Assembly (NCBI GenBank): GCA_964658305.1
Contig: OZ210884.1
Coordinates: 4,898,001 to 4,962,000, forward strand
Reading direction: 5' to 3'
Length of the DNA: 64,000 bases
Source of the DNA: Leptogorgia sarmentosa
Lineage: Eukaryota
A program made the translations under genes and the position numbers. The notes beneath the pieces are model-generated. The model was given only the letters and a program-made list of their open reading frames with translations. It searched no databases and was not told where the DNA came from. Below are positions 37,901 through 49,547 of this stretch, piece by piece (the first letter of the stretch is position 1; every line of letters begins with the position of its first letter).

Positions 37901-40900
37901 ACAAAACAATTCCATGACTAAGCACATTTACTACTAAAATGGCTGAAGACCATGTTTATCAATTTTACAGCGTTTTGAATGTCAAAGTAAACGTTCGACA
38001 GTTCTGTCGATTATTCCGTTTCTACTACAAGTACAACATCTTCAGAGCTTAGGAATGTAATTACATTGTATGCCAGTGCGCATAGCTTCTATGGGGTGCA
38101 TGGTGTTGCCCTACTCCCTGCACTAATCACGATATTTTGCGAGAACCGAGTTCAATAATTGTTTTATTATTCACCCTATAGTATTCCCAACTTCGTTTGG
38201 TTAATTTACCTGCGTCCTTTCTCGAAGACAATGCGCATGCTCAGAGTATTTATTGTAGCTGGGCAATGTTTTTAACAAGTGCGCATGCTCAAAATATTAT
38301 TAATACGCAGTTATTCGCAGGTAAATTAGCCAATCAAAATTGATTATACATAAAGTGAATAACAATAAAAAATATTTATTAGGAAAAGTTGTATATTTCA
38401 CATACCAATACAAAACACTCCGTTGCCAGTGAAACCAGTGTTGCAGCCACATGTGAATGATCCATAGGTGTTTGCGCAAGTGGCTTGTTTATGACAACCA
38501 TCAATTGGGAGTAGACATTCGTTGATATCTAATTAATATGAAGTCAATACCAACCAGTATTAGGGGACATTGAGTGGCAGCCCGTATACCCGAGTTGCAA
38601 TCATTTTTAAAAAGGGTTGCCATGCAATGGTTATTAGACAGCAATTAATGATCGATTAATAATTCAGAACAGTAGGCTGTACCCCGAATATTGTTTTTTC
38701 AATCAGTATACTTTTGTGCGCGAAAACAAAATGCTAACTCCATGCAGTTTAACATTGGATGGGGACGAGGCGGATTGGCGTTGAGAAAATGGTGCAATTT
38801 GGATATAACATGCAGGAGCTTTTAAAGACTCACGAGAACTGGAAGACTCTGAAAAACTAGGTCTCAATCATGCTAGCTACCTACTCCAGTGAAAGCTAGT
38901 GAAGTTTGCTCTACCCATGTAATAGCATTCCAAAGTTAGTAAAATTGCAGAATATGGTTGCGAAATGTTGTAAAATGCGAAACATATACCCCTGTGAAGT
39001 TTGCAAATTTTGTATATTTTTAGTATTACGTATTGCGTGCGTAATACTAAATAAATCATATATATAAATTTTGCAAACTTTATAGGGTCATATCTTGCAC
39101 ATTTTACAACATTTCTCCCCCAAACTTTGCATTTCTACTAATTTTGGGATGCTCTCGCTGTTGCTATGAATTGTACTATTTCGAGATTTATAAAGATTTT
39201 GTCCATTATGCAATCGGTCCATTGGACGCAATATTTGTTGACATTTGTTCGTTGTGATAAACGAATATGCAAACGAAGAGTAGTATACGTAAAATTGTGG
39301 AACTGTGTTTGCAAACAAGCCCGTCAAGTACATTTAGTAGGCTTAGATCATTCAAAATCTACTGGTTATTCTATATGTTAGTGCGAGTCTTAAGCCGCGT
39401 TTACACTGCAGAGATTATTTTGCCCGTACCTGGCCTGGACCTTACCTGGCGAAAATGTGAACCGTTTACACTACATGTCCACTGGCTTTGCCTCGCTCGA
39501 ATCTCACAGCACTAATAAGCATTTCCCTCCAATTTTACTTTTTTTATTTATCTCATCTGAAATAGTTGCTAATGCGGGCTTGAGTTATCATAGCAGCAAC
39601 ACTTGCCTGGGTCTGTGCCTGGGTCGGGTCGATGGTAAAATCTGTTCACAACAGGAAAATCTAGGTCTAGGGCAGGTCCAGGCCAGGTCTAGGCCACCTC
39701 TTTCGACTGGCCTATAATTTGTGGTCTGGGCCAGGTCCGGGCAAGGTAAAACCCGTTCACACTAAGGCCTAGGGCGGGTCTAGGTTAGGTACAGGCCAAA
39801 AAACACTGCAGTGTAAACACGGCTTAATTACATAACTTTATGGGAAATGACAGATAAGATTGCAGGGTACCTACCTGTACAAAGACGACCATCTGCAGCA
39901 AAACCGACATTACAAATGCATCTGTATGATCCGTCAGAATTGATGCACCTGTACTGTACTGAAGGACATATTTCACTGCTATGCTCGCATTCATCGATAT
40001 CTGAAGATAGAGTAGCAGAAATTGCTTGGCAAAAATGAGTTGCGATAATTAAGCCCGTTTTTCACAACGTTCGCGTGAAGAAGAAAAAGTGGATGTGATT
40101 GGGTCGTCACTATTTGTCGCCAGCCAATCATATTGGTTTTCTCTGTCGCGCGAATCATACACCTATTTCCCTCTGTCCGCGCGAATCGCCTAGTGGAAAA
40201 CCGACTTTATGTCCGGCGGCCTTTCAAACTCCCGTAGACGGAATCCATATACATAGTACATAGCTTACTTGACTAGTACTTTTCATACGAATTGGCGTAA
40301 ATCTGCTTCAGTATACGGCAGACATAGCTACATTCTCAATAATAAAAAAAGACGAATTGGTTGTTCGAAATTTTAACCTGTAAATTTTAAATTGGAAAAT
40401 TAAAAAAGCAAAAATCTCCTCTGTTTGCAAAGCGAAATTTCCCCCACCAGGTATAAACGACATCCGGGACATGCACCGGTCCAGATACCTGAACCACTTT
40501 TCGGATAACTTTTTATATGAGTCAAGTACACTTGAATGATCCAATGGTGTTTGTGCATGTTGCGACAATGCACAGAAGTGCAGCGCGTGTTCAATTTTTA
40601 TTTTGCTTAAAAAAGTATCCAACGATTGATCACATACAATTTTCATGAAAATCTACTTCTGCCAAAATAACTTCGTATTTTTCTTACCACTGCAATTATA
40701 TCCATCTCCTCTCCAACCATTGTTACACGCACATGTGTACGATCCAATAGTGTTGGCGCAAGTTGCGTGATGATGACAGTTGTCAAGATTTAGTGCGCAT
40801 TCATTGATGTCTGAAAAATAACAAAAACAATTTTGACTTTCCATCTATGTAAGGAATGCCTGGAATTCGCAACAAGCTTGTATATATAGCAAGCCTATCA

Positions 40901-41609
40901 GCAAGTTGTAACAAAGCTGTCATTTAATTTCGACAAGTTGTTACAGGGCTGTCACTGAGAACATGTTAAAAAGTTGTTGAACTGTGCGAGACAATAACAA
41001 GGTATTAGAACATAAGCTTGTGGCAAGTTGGTAACTCTGCAGGTTGGTAACAACATTAATAAAATAACATGTATATAACGCGTGCTCTGATTGGTCGAAA
41101 CCCGTGTTTGGATCAAGCCATCCAAACACGGAAATTTAAAATTCCTTCGCGGGAATTTTAAACATGACTGACTCGGTTGTTGTTATTTTACAAAACAATT
41201 ATTTTTTGATTTCCGTGTTTGGATCGATCCAAAGACATGGGAATTTTGCTCTAGTCAAGAAAAGCGAGCAAAATCACGTGCGCTTTTCTCAACTCTTGCA
41301 ACATTCCCGCGTGTTTTGATCAGGCCATCCAAACGCGGAAACCAATAAGCAATTGTTTAGTCAACAAGCCTGGAACACGCTAACACAACTTGATATTAGC
41401 TTTTGGAATAATCCTGTAGCAAATCTGCGGCAGGTTTGTCACAACTTATGCGTTTCCATGAGTGAAGGAATGAAGTTCTGTTTGTCCATGAACGTGATAC
41501 CGTCTTCCTACCCCCTGTTCCCAGCCATATTCAAATCCCTGTAACCTTTTAATTCCGCTGTTGTCCATTTAACCAGCAGTAGAAGCACCATAATAGAAAG
41601 AGGCCATGC
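31267..41609 (-). CDS. Gene B: signal peptide - 8x cbEGF - EGF - SEA - FN3 - TM - tail, about 650 aa
   Basis: Signal exon 41546-41609 (AWPLSIMVLLLLVKWTTAELK). cbEGF exons 40688-40810, 39875-40000, 38406-38528, 37661-37783, 36467-36589, 36239-36358, 35642-35764, 35428-35550 (all D[IVL][DN]EC). EGF 33944-34057. SEA 33754-33863, 33565-33623, 33056-33198 (FRNGSTIVEF). FN3 31935-32237, TM 31664-31764, tail 31267-31350 ending PSNTTHL*. The start codon is uncertain: either an in-frame ATG inside the signal exon or a candidate MAG exon at 43243-43251. Confidence 0.85.
34944..35297 (+). mobile_element. Penelope-like retroelement 3' fragment with inverted terminal duplication and hammerhead core, near a (TA)n tract
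   Basis: 57-bp inverted repeat at 34944-35000 / 35241-35297. CTGACGA-stem-GAAA core at 35219-35248. Internal AACCAATCA repeats, an ORF tail RRSLRLRN, and (TA)n on both sides. Confidence 0.65.
36920..39252. repeat. Near-identical ~370-bp inverted repeat pair (about 36920-37291 and 38881-39252)
   Basis: ORFs 37113-37298(+) and 38877-39059(-) translate identically apart from their C-termini. Reverse complementarity is directly visible from acgaacaaatgtcaac to cactggagtag. Confidence 0.9.
39393..39824. mobile_element. MITE, PIF/Harbinger-like
   Basis: TIR AGCCG(C/T)GTTTACACTGCAG in a TTAA context. Internal GGTCTAGG/CCTGG repeats. Confidence 0.7.
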
Positions 41610-43865
41610 CTGAAAAAAAGAAATCTAATAACATTACAATAATTGAGACAGATACGACTGAAATTGATTAAAAAACTGATTAATTTTTTAATAAATTAAA
41701 TTAATAAATAATTATTGCATTTTGCATACGTGGGTATGTGCACGTTTTACGCGTATGGATTTTCCGCACGCGTGAACAATTGAAGAAACGATTTGACCAG
41801 ACTTTGCTTAAGACGTTGGCATCAGTTTTGCGCCACAAAATTCAAATATATGCGAGCAACTTCCCAATGAAAAAAAATTTTCCTATCACTCTAGTCTTCA
41901 CATTAATTAAAATTTGTATAAAGCAGTCTTTAAGAGCAATTTCCATGCATGTATATATACACCTCTATTATTTAAGCTAGCATCTCGGTTCACATGTTAA
42001 TCTACTGAATAAAAAAGCTACCCTTCGTACGTTCGTAGGTTATAGTGTTCTATAAAGCAGTGCATTGGCGAAGCTGCCATGAAATTTCCTCAAATCCTTA
42101 ATGTATGTGTATGAGCTACGCTCGATATCAACGCACATTCATCAATACCAGACAACCCACTGACAGTCAGAATACAAAAATATAAGATTAATAACAATTT
42201 ACCTTTCCATCGAGTAAATTCGAGAAGTACATTTTGAAATTTGAATGATAGTCCAGACAGTATGAAAAGAATACCGTGTAGATAGGATAACAGCAAGAGT
42301 AAAGTCAGTCAGTGCATCACCGTTGTTTAAGTAAGGTCATAATTAATCACCCTCTTTAAAACAGGAAAATGATTGACAATATAGGAGAGAAAGAAACTAA
42401 GTCGAAGTCTTTGTTTTCGTTAAAGTTCTATGGAATAATTTCCAGCTAAACAACAAGATATATAAAGAGCTTTTTGTAATCAGGCTCTGCTGGACACAAT
42501 AACATTAATTATTATAATACATTGCAGTTGAACTATTCTTTTCGATTGGTAAAATGTATATGCAGATGATCATACAACCTGCGTACGTTATGAGAGAAAA
42601 CAAATGTAGAATCAACTTAGTTTAACAAGCTTATAAATATAACGTAGACGTGCTAATAAATGCATAATAAAACAATTATTGAATCGATTTTATGTCATAT
42701 GTGTATATACTATATATAGTTGTATAAACCAATCGAATGGTTACAAGGGCGACAATCCATTCTCAAATTTTTCCGGGGGGGGGGGGGGGGCGTACGTATC
42801 TGTTTTTTCTGGGAATGAAATTGTTCCTACATCTCTTCTACTAGTACGTTCCTACTAGCAGGAAAGGTGATGTAGGAAAGTTTTAAACACATGGGTAAGG
42901 TTAGCCAAAAGTCTAAATGGGAATGAGAAAACGAACGAGAAAATTTTGAAGATTTATAGAATTTAAAAACTCCAGAATGTAAACTCAACTTTCTAACTAA
43001 TAAAAAAGTGGGGTGATCACCCCCTCTACCGGCAAAATGGGGGAGGGGGGGGGGATGTCCCCTCCTTTCCCCCAGAATTTGCGCCCTTGAATGGTAACAT
43101 GAATAAATATATCATTACCGAAACTTAATTAAGAGGGAATTTCTCGATTTTTTAATTTTTTTTCCCACCAACGGAGATAAAATTGTTAGCGATTGTACCT
43201 CAAACTAACTAAAAACACAGAAAACTAAAAAATAATAAGTACCCCAGCCATCACGCGAAGTATAGAGATGACTATATAATTTACTGCAATTACAACACTA
43301 TCAAGTTGTTGCGAGATGCATTCATTTTGAGATTATATGATTGTATTGTTTCAAAGTCAATTTTTCGTTCTCGAGCTCTTATGACATTGAGAGTTTTGTT
43401 GATAAATTGGTAACACATGTATACTTGATTCCACCCATCTCAAGCTTTATCCGAGAATAGACTCAGTCTAGAGCTTCAAAACAATAAGAAAAGACTGCCA
43501 TGTTGGTGCATTTAAATTTTATTCTTTCAATTTACTGTTATTGTAAAAAAAACCTTGTCTCACCATATTAGCATTGATATTGTTCACCAACATAAAAATC
43601 ATTCTGCGCATTTTATAATGGCACGATTTATGCTTCACCTATCTTGAAAAACGACTCTTACATTAAATATTAGTCGGACACTAATTACAGCAAGATCTAA
43701 TGAGCAAAATGCTGTTAATGAGAATTACCAATAATAAACATGCATAATTATATAACAGGGATTATAATGTATGAAGGTGCACTTATTAAACGCCATTTGT
43801 CGAAGAAGATCGATAATCGACGTAAAGCAGAGAGTACAGATTGTTTTAGTAAAAACTCAACAATG

Positions 43866-46800
43866 TCAAAGCTTTTGGGAGCCATGCGCCTCTTCATCAC
43901 CTTGTCCAAAATTATCATATTGAGTCGTGCTCAGTGGTATTGGGTTTGGCATTTGCGCCTGTGCATGGGCACGTTGTCGAACCTTAAACGAAAATGAAAT
44001 GAATTGTAAGTAATATTATACACACTCTGACACTCAAGTAAGACTTTCCTCCAAAACTGACCAAGGAATACATAGACTTGTTTGATATTTTGGACTGGTC
44101 GACCGTTTAAGCTAACCGGGATCCTGCTATAATTGTGCTAATAAGAACCGTGCATAATATTTAATGCAATTTTCCCACTCCAGGTACATCAGTATAGTAC
44201 TCTATTCTAGACTTGGTGTTTCAATCTACTGGTGCTTCGCGACAATTTCCATTAAGCACTTTCTGTTTTTCATGATTGAAATGCAAAGATTTGATTTACT
44301 ATATCGGAGGCACGGAAACCAGACCAGTTATCCAAAAGACAATATACAATTATTGGACGAGGCTGAGCAAAATATCGTTATTTATCAGTGGCGAGCAGAT
44401 CAATTATTTGCCGATACCTCTTGAAGATGTCTTCGTTTCCGAAGATGAAAGAACACTACCATGCCTATGATGAGCAGTAAGACGACCACGATGACAATGA
44501 TGATTATAGTAACCAGCATCGCTAGAAAATTATATCAAATTATATCATGGTCAACATGAGCTGATAATCCATAGCTGTGTTGTAATCCTGTAGGACTAAA
44601 GTTACTCTTTCAAACCTTAAAGGGTTGGATCGATGAAATACTGTAATATAATTATATATGGCTATAATCATTAATAGGTATCGCGTGTCCCAAGGGTGAT
44701 TGAAAAGGTGTTAGAACATGAGTAATAAGAGATAGGGGGTTAGGTTGTATTGGCAAGTGCTCATACGTCATATTGCAGTGTGTGGATAAGTAATTATAAT
44801 AGAAATGTCTGGTTTGTTATCTTTGTTGTCTGGTTCGTATATATTAATATATTGTTGAAATAAAATGGATTTTCTGAGAAAGTTTACAAATAGCATCAAA
44901 AATTCTATGGACTGAGTATAAATTTTGTCTTATTTTAGGGTAAATTCCTTTCGAATACTAATTGAATGCCATTTTACGTACACATCTCAACAAGAATTTC
45001 CTCTAATATATATTCTGAATACTTACAACTCGCAGGTTTTTCTGTTGAGACTTGCATTTCCTGTTTCTCCCCAATACCCTCATCGTTCTTTGCCCGAATT
45101 TGTATCACATAAAAGGTATCACTCTCTAAATCACCCAATACTGAATTTGTTGAATCGCTATCAAATTCATCTGTCTTGAAGGTGGTTTCAGCCACCGTTT
45201 TGTGACTGATTGTGTATCCTTTAATTTCGAATGCAAGGTGGGCTATTGGTTTCGTCCATTTTATTTCAATTCGGTTGTGTGTTACGTCGGCGAGTATTAA
45301 TTTCTCGGGCGCCGGTGGAGGTGCTGCAACAGTATGGTACGTTAATTAATTGGAACTTGTTAGAACTGGTAATTTAATTAGGTGATAATTAAAAAATCAT
45401 CAGGTTGTGCAAGAGACTTTGATTCATTTGAAAATAGTGGTGGGAATTGAAAGATGCATGAATCAATATACCGCATGGTGAATCATTTTTCTTGAGTACG
45501 AGAACACACGAGATGGATATCGACATTTTGATTAACTGTATTCTTTTCCGTGCATGGTTTTGATTATACGCTCAACGCTTTAAATTGCTCGAGTATCGCT
45601 CAAAATTGTATCCACTCTAGTTAAACACGTTGGTACAATTAACCAAATAAAACATTTGATTTCGTTAGGCATTCATCCTGCTCTTCGTCTATTTACACCT
45701 ATGAGCATGCACGGGCTTACCCTTGCTTAGACTATACTCAGTGTAATAAAGTAAAGCTGCATGCTGCTTGGAATTGAAGTGACGAAATTTAGTTTTAGAT
45801 TGGCGTTTTTCTTTAGTGAACTATGCACACTTTAAAAAAAAGGGCCATTTTGGCCCCATGAGTCGGGCCGTTTTGGCTTTTCAAAGTGCGAGCCAATTTG
45901 GCCCTACTATAGGGCCAAAACAGAAAATAGGGGCCATTTTGGCCCAAATGGGACCGTTTCGGTTCCGATGTCTGAGCCATTTTGGCCCTATTGTAGGGCC
46001 AAAACAGCCAACAAGGGCCGTTTTGGCCCAATGGGGCCGTTTTGGCTATTTCAAGTGCGAGCCATTTTGGCTTTAGTATGGAACAATATATAATGACTGT
46101 ACCTTTGACAAGACCATCTATGACTTTATATCCACCAAGTTCCCCTGTTTCAATAATCTTTCTTACTTCTTCTCCAACAACAACTTTGCTCATTTCTCCT
46201 TGTCGGTAAAGAACCAAAAACTTAACAACAACGGACCCATTGCTACAAAGTGGAACGGGGGAAAAATCTGAGATTGAAAAATGCAACCGTTAAGTAGACA
46301 GGGACAATACGCTTTTTTTCTGCGTTTCTCAGCCATGTTCAAAACCAATACGTCCGGTCACTAACGCAGTTAATCAGGAATGCATGCAGTATTGCAATTC
46401 CATCGCCCGAAATTACCTCAACGTCTGGAGAAATATGGCTATGAAATATGAAAGAATGTTTTTTTCTCAAACAGGATTTCTCCACTAATAAAAATTGAAT
46501 TGCAACGAGTTTGTAATAAAGAACTCATATAATCATGTAATATATATATAGATACACCAACTATTACATTATCACTATAGCTCTGATGATGTTGCGATGT
46601 AGCAACTAAACGTTAGCAATAAATTTTATATGAAACTGAATGGTTTTAATATGTATGCATTAAAAATCGCTTGCTGGGCATTAATATTCATATTTAGTTT
46701 AAGATTCCCGCCTGGTGTTTCAATTGCCACAATTCTGAATTGCAACGAATTTGCGTGGCTTGAGAAAAAAATGGCAATCTACTTCCGTGTTGTATGTTCA

Positions 46801-49547
46801 CCGGGACGGGAATAGTTTCATGAGTGATACAGCTTCGTTAAAATTACTAAAATTTACTGTCCACTTTTACCTGAATCCCGAGACACGAACTTCTTCAAAG
46901 TTTGGGGTATCTTTGAATCTTTCGTGTAACTGAACAGAAAAATTAATAATTTATGCCATCACTTTTAAAGTACTGAGAAAATATCATGTATCTGAATACG
47001 TATTGTAGATGAACCTCGATGTACGTAATAAACGCAATTATATTAGTTCCATTAAGACTTCAATTTGCAGGAGAATAATTACCTCTGCAGTAACATTCCG
47101 TTCCAGACTTTTATAAGCTTCTGAGGATTTGTTTTTCAAATCATTAGTAAACTCCTTCTCCAAAGACACTTCAACTTTTATCTTAGTGAACTCTAAAATT
47201 GAAAACGGCCAGAAGGTAAATTGATACCAAAGCATTGCATACGCAATCATACGATGGTTAGTAGCTATAGAACCTCACTTTTCCACGAATCAAAAAGCGT
47301 TATTTGGAATTGTAGCGTCAGCATTTACCCGACTCATTTTTCAAGAAGACAATCGCACAGTATGAAAGTTTCTACCACACATCTTAGAGGTATCACATGT
47401 TTAGAGCAGCTCTATATCTTGAAAGAGTCGCGCATAGATTATTTCTACAAATAAACCATGCATTATACATGCACCCTCCCCTAGCATTACCGCTGATTCC
47501 AACCCAAAACTCCATACCTATACAGCTCACTCCATCATAGTAATATCCATCTTTACAAGGACATGCTATTGTATCGGCTGTTAATTGCTTGCATGTTGAA
47601 TTTCCTGGACATTTGTCATATGGACATGCTCCTGTCAAGGGCAAAATTTAATTTTATATTACAAATGGATAAATTCATGTCACAATTTCTGCTCTTGGAG
47701 TATAAGAATGTAGTCGTGTGAATATTTGATGACAGGATCATGTAACAGAAAACATGAACCTATATAATTACTAATTATACTACCATCACGGTAAAAAAGA
47801 AATTCACTTTTTGAAGGAAGGTCCTTCGTGGGGAATTAGCAGTAATCAGCGTATTTACCGCAAGAGTTTAAATATTTTTCTCACTAATCTATTATTAGCA
47901 GGGCGGTGTTAAATCAGGATAACGAACAAGAGCAGGAAGGATAATCTCACTACCTAAACGATAAAAAAGATTCGACGTTTCGACCGAAGGGCCTTCGTCG
48001 GGAATTAGTGAAACCCGACGAAGGCCCTTCGGTCGAAACGTCGAATCTTTTTTATCGTTTAGGTAGTGAGATTATCCTTCCTACTCTTGTTCGTTATCCT
48101 GAAGTGCTACCGACACTGGCCACGTGTGCGGTGTTAAATCGCAGTATGAATACCTCTAATGACAACTGTAAGAGCATCTGGATCAACAGAAAAATCGCCA
48201 AATGAACTGTTCCGTATAGCAGCAAACAACTCAGTGAGGCCTTGGGTGTTCTGGTCAGTAAATGTCAGCAACAAGTTTGCGATAATACTTCCGTTGCTGT
48301 AATATTAATAATAATTGTTCAACAACATTCAATTCAATTAAAAATGGCGAATATGAAACGAAGAAAACTAGAAAATGAATGAAATTTGCTTAATACTGAG
48401 TATATCGTTTCATAAATGTTGGTATTTTACATATTGCTTTTTCGAGTTTGTTCCTAGCGTTCTTAACATTCCATAGTTCAAAAAACCCTATTATTGGAAA
48501 TTAAAAGTTTTTTATTGTCAATCAATCGATGTTAGAGAAAACCTAAAACCAATGGCATGCAGCTTATGACGTCATTATGCAAACGTCATATGAAAGAAAC
48601 TTTATCTCCATTATAACCTAGCTAATATTGCGGAAACATTCTTATACCCTCGGTCAGTCAAGTCAAGAATAAAATATATCTTGGAAAAACAAGTAAATTA
48701 TTTTATTCCAAATCCGACAACAATCAAAATTATTGCCATTGATCTTTAAGACAATATCTGTGTTACGCCCAATAAAACTTACTTTAATTGTATAATTTCG
48801 ACCTTACTATAAGCATTATTGTTTTCGTGCACCTTTGCCATCTGAAAATGGAGAAAATGCTAAAAATGAATCTCTGTCACAATCTACGAAAATGTTTTCG
48901 GAAATGCAACCTCTTTTTACATCGTAAAGTACTTCTCAAAGTAAATGTACAAACCGCCGATTTCATCCTTCCTTCAAACATTTTGAATTCACCAGACGTA
49001 TTACTGCTAAGCCCACTTGTATAAACGTCATTCAACCGCAATATTATTGTATAGGTTTCAAAACCTGATGTCAAAAACAAAACAAAAAATATTTGAAAAC
49101 CTTCTCCTAGTTCAAAACTATAGACTAGCGCTGACCCTAGGAACCACGCACAGTTTAAATTTCGGTATTTTTACATGCATTTGAAAAAAAATGGATGGTA
49201 AACTTTGCAAGCCACTAGTTAGGGACATTTGACCATTTCTAGATCATTCACTGTTCCCAGTCCCTCCCACCACTTGATGCTGTAGCTGCGTACATTTTTT
49301 GTCCACAACCACTCCCCCCCCCCCCACCCCCATTTGTACGATCACTTTGAACAACCTAACCCATAATAACTAAATAATATCGGAAATTAGAAATCATCAG
49401 CGTTATATTACCAAAAATCGGTGTTAAAGCGAAAGAAGTTACGATGAGATTTACCTGGAATTACTTCACGACAAAAATAGGAACCGATTGTATTGACGCA
49501 CTCTTTCCCGCTTGAGCATAAAGATTCATTTTTACACTCATCGATGT
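43866..49547 (-). CDS. Gene C (5' end not resolved): cbEGF - SEA - EGF - SEA - FN3 - TM - tail
   Basis: Exons 49455-49547 (DIDECKNESLCSSGKECVNTIGSYFCREVIP), SEA-a 48955-49064, 48783-48841, 48154-48296 (NGSIIA), EGF 47518-47631, SEA-b 47083-47192, 46871-46929, 46103-46242 (NGSVVV), FN3 45027-45323, TM 44418-44521, tail 43866-43982 (..TQYDNFGQGDEEAHGSQKL*). Exon sizes match genes B and D. No convincing signal-peptide or start exon was found upstream. Confidence 0.82.
45826..46080. mobile_element. Small CAC-terminated element with internal GGCC(A/G)TTTTGGCCC repeats
   Basis: Starts CACACT, ends AGTATG, and contains about 8 copies of gcc(a/g)ttttggc. It accounts for the repetitive tail of ORF 45813-46286. 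No clean TSD. Confidence 0.55.
47916..48127. mobile_element. Palindromic Penelope-like insertion with 13-bp target duplication
   Basis: Near-perfect hairpin with arms at about 47914-48002 / 48014-48102. Each arm carries CCGACGAAGGCCCTTCGGTCGAAACGTC, a hammerhead-like core. GCGGTGTTAAATC is repeated at 47903-47915 and 48128-48140. Confidence 0.7.

Noticed and set aside
45813..46080. Repetitive protein tail (LGQNGP repeats) in ORF 45813-46286
   Set aside because: It is read-through from the SEA exon past its donor into an intronic repeat element.
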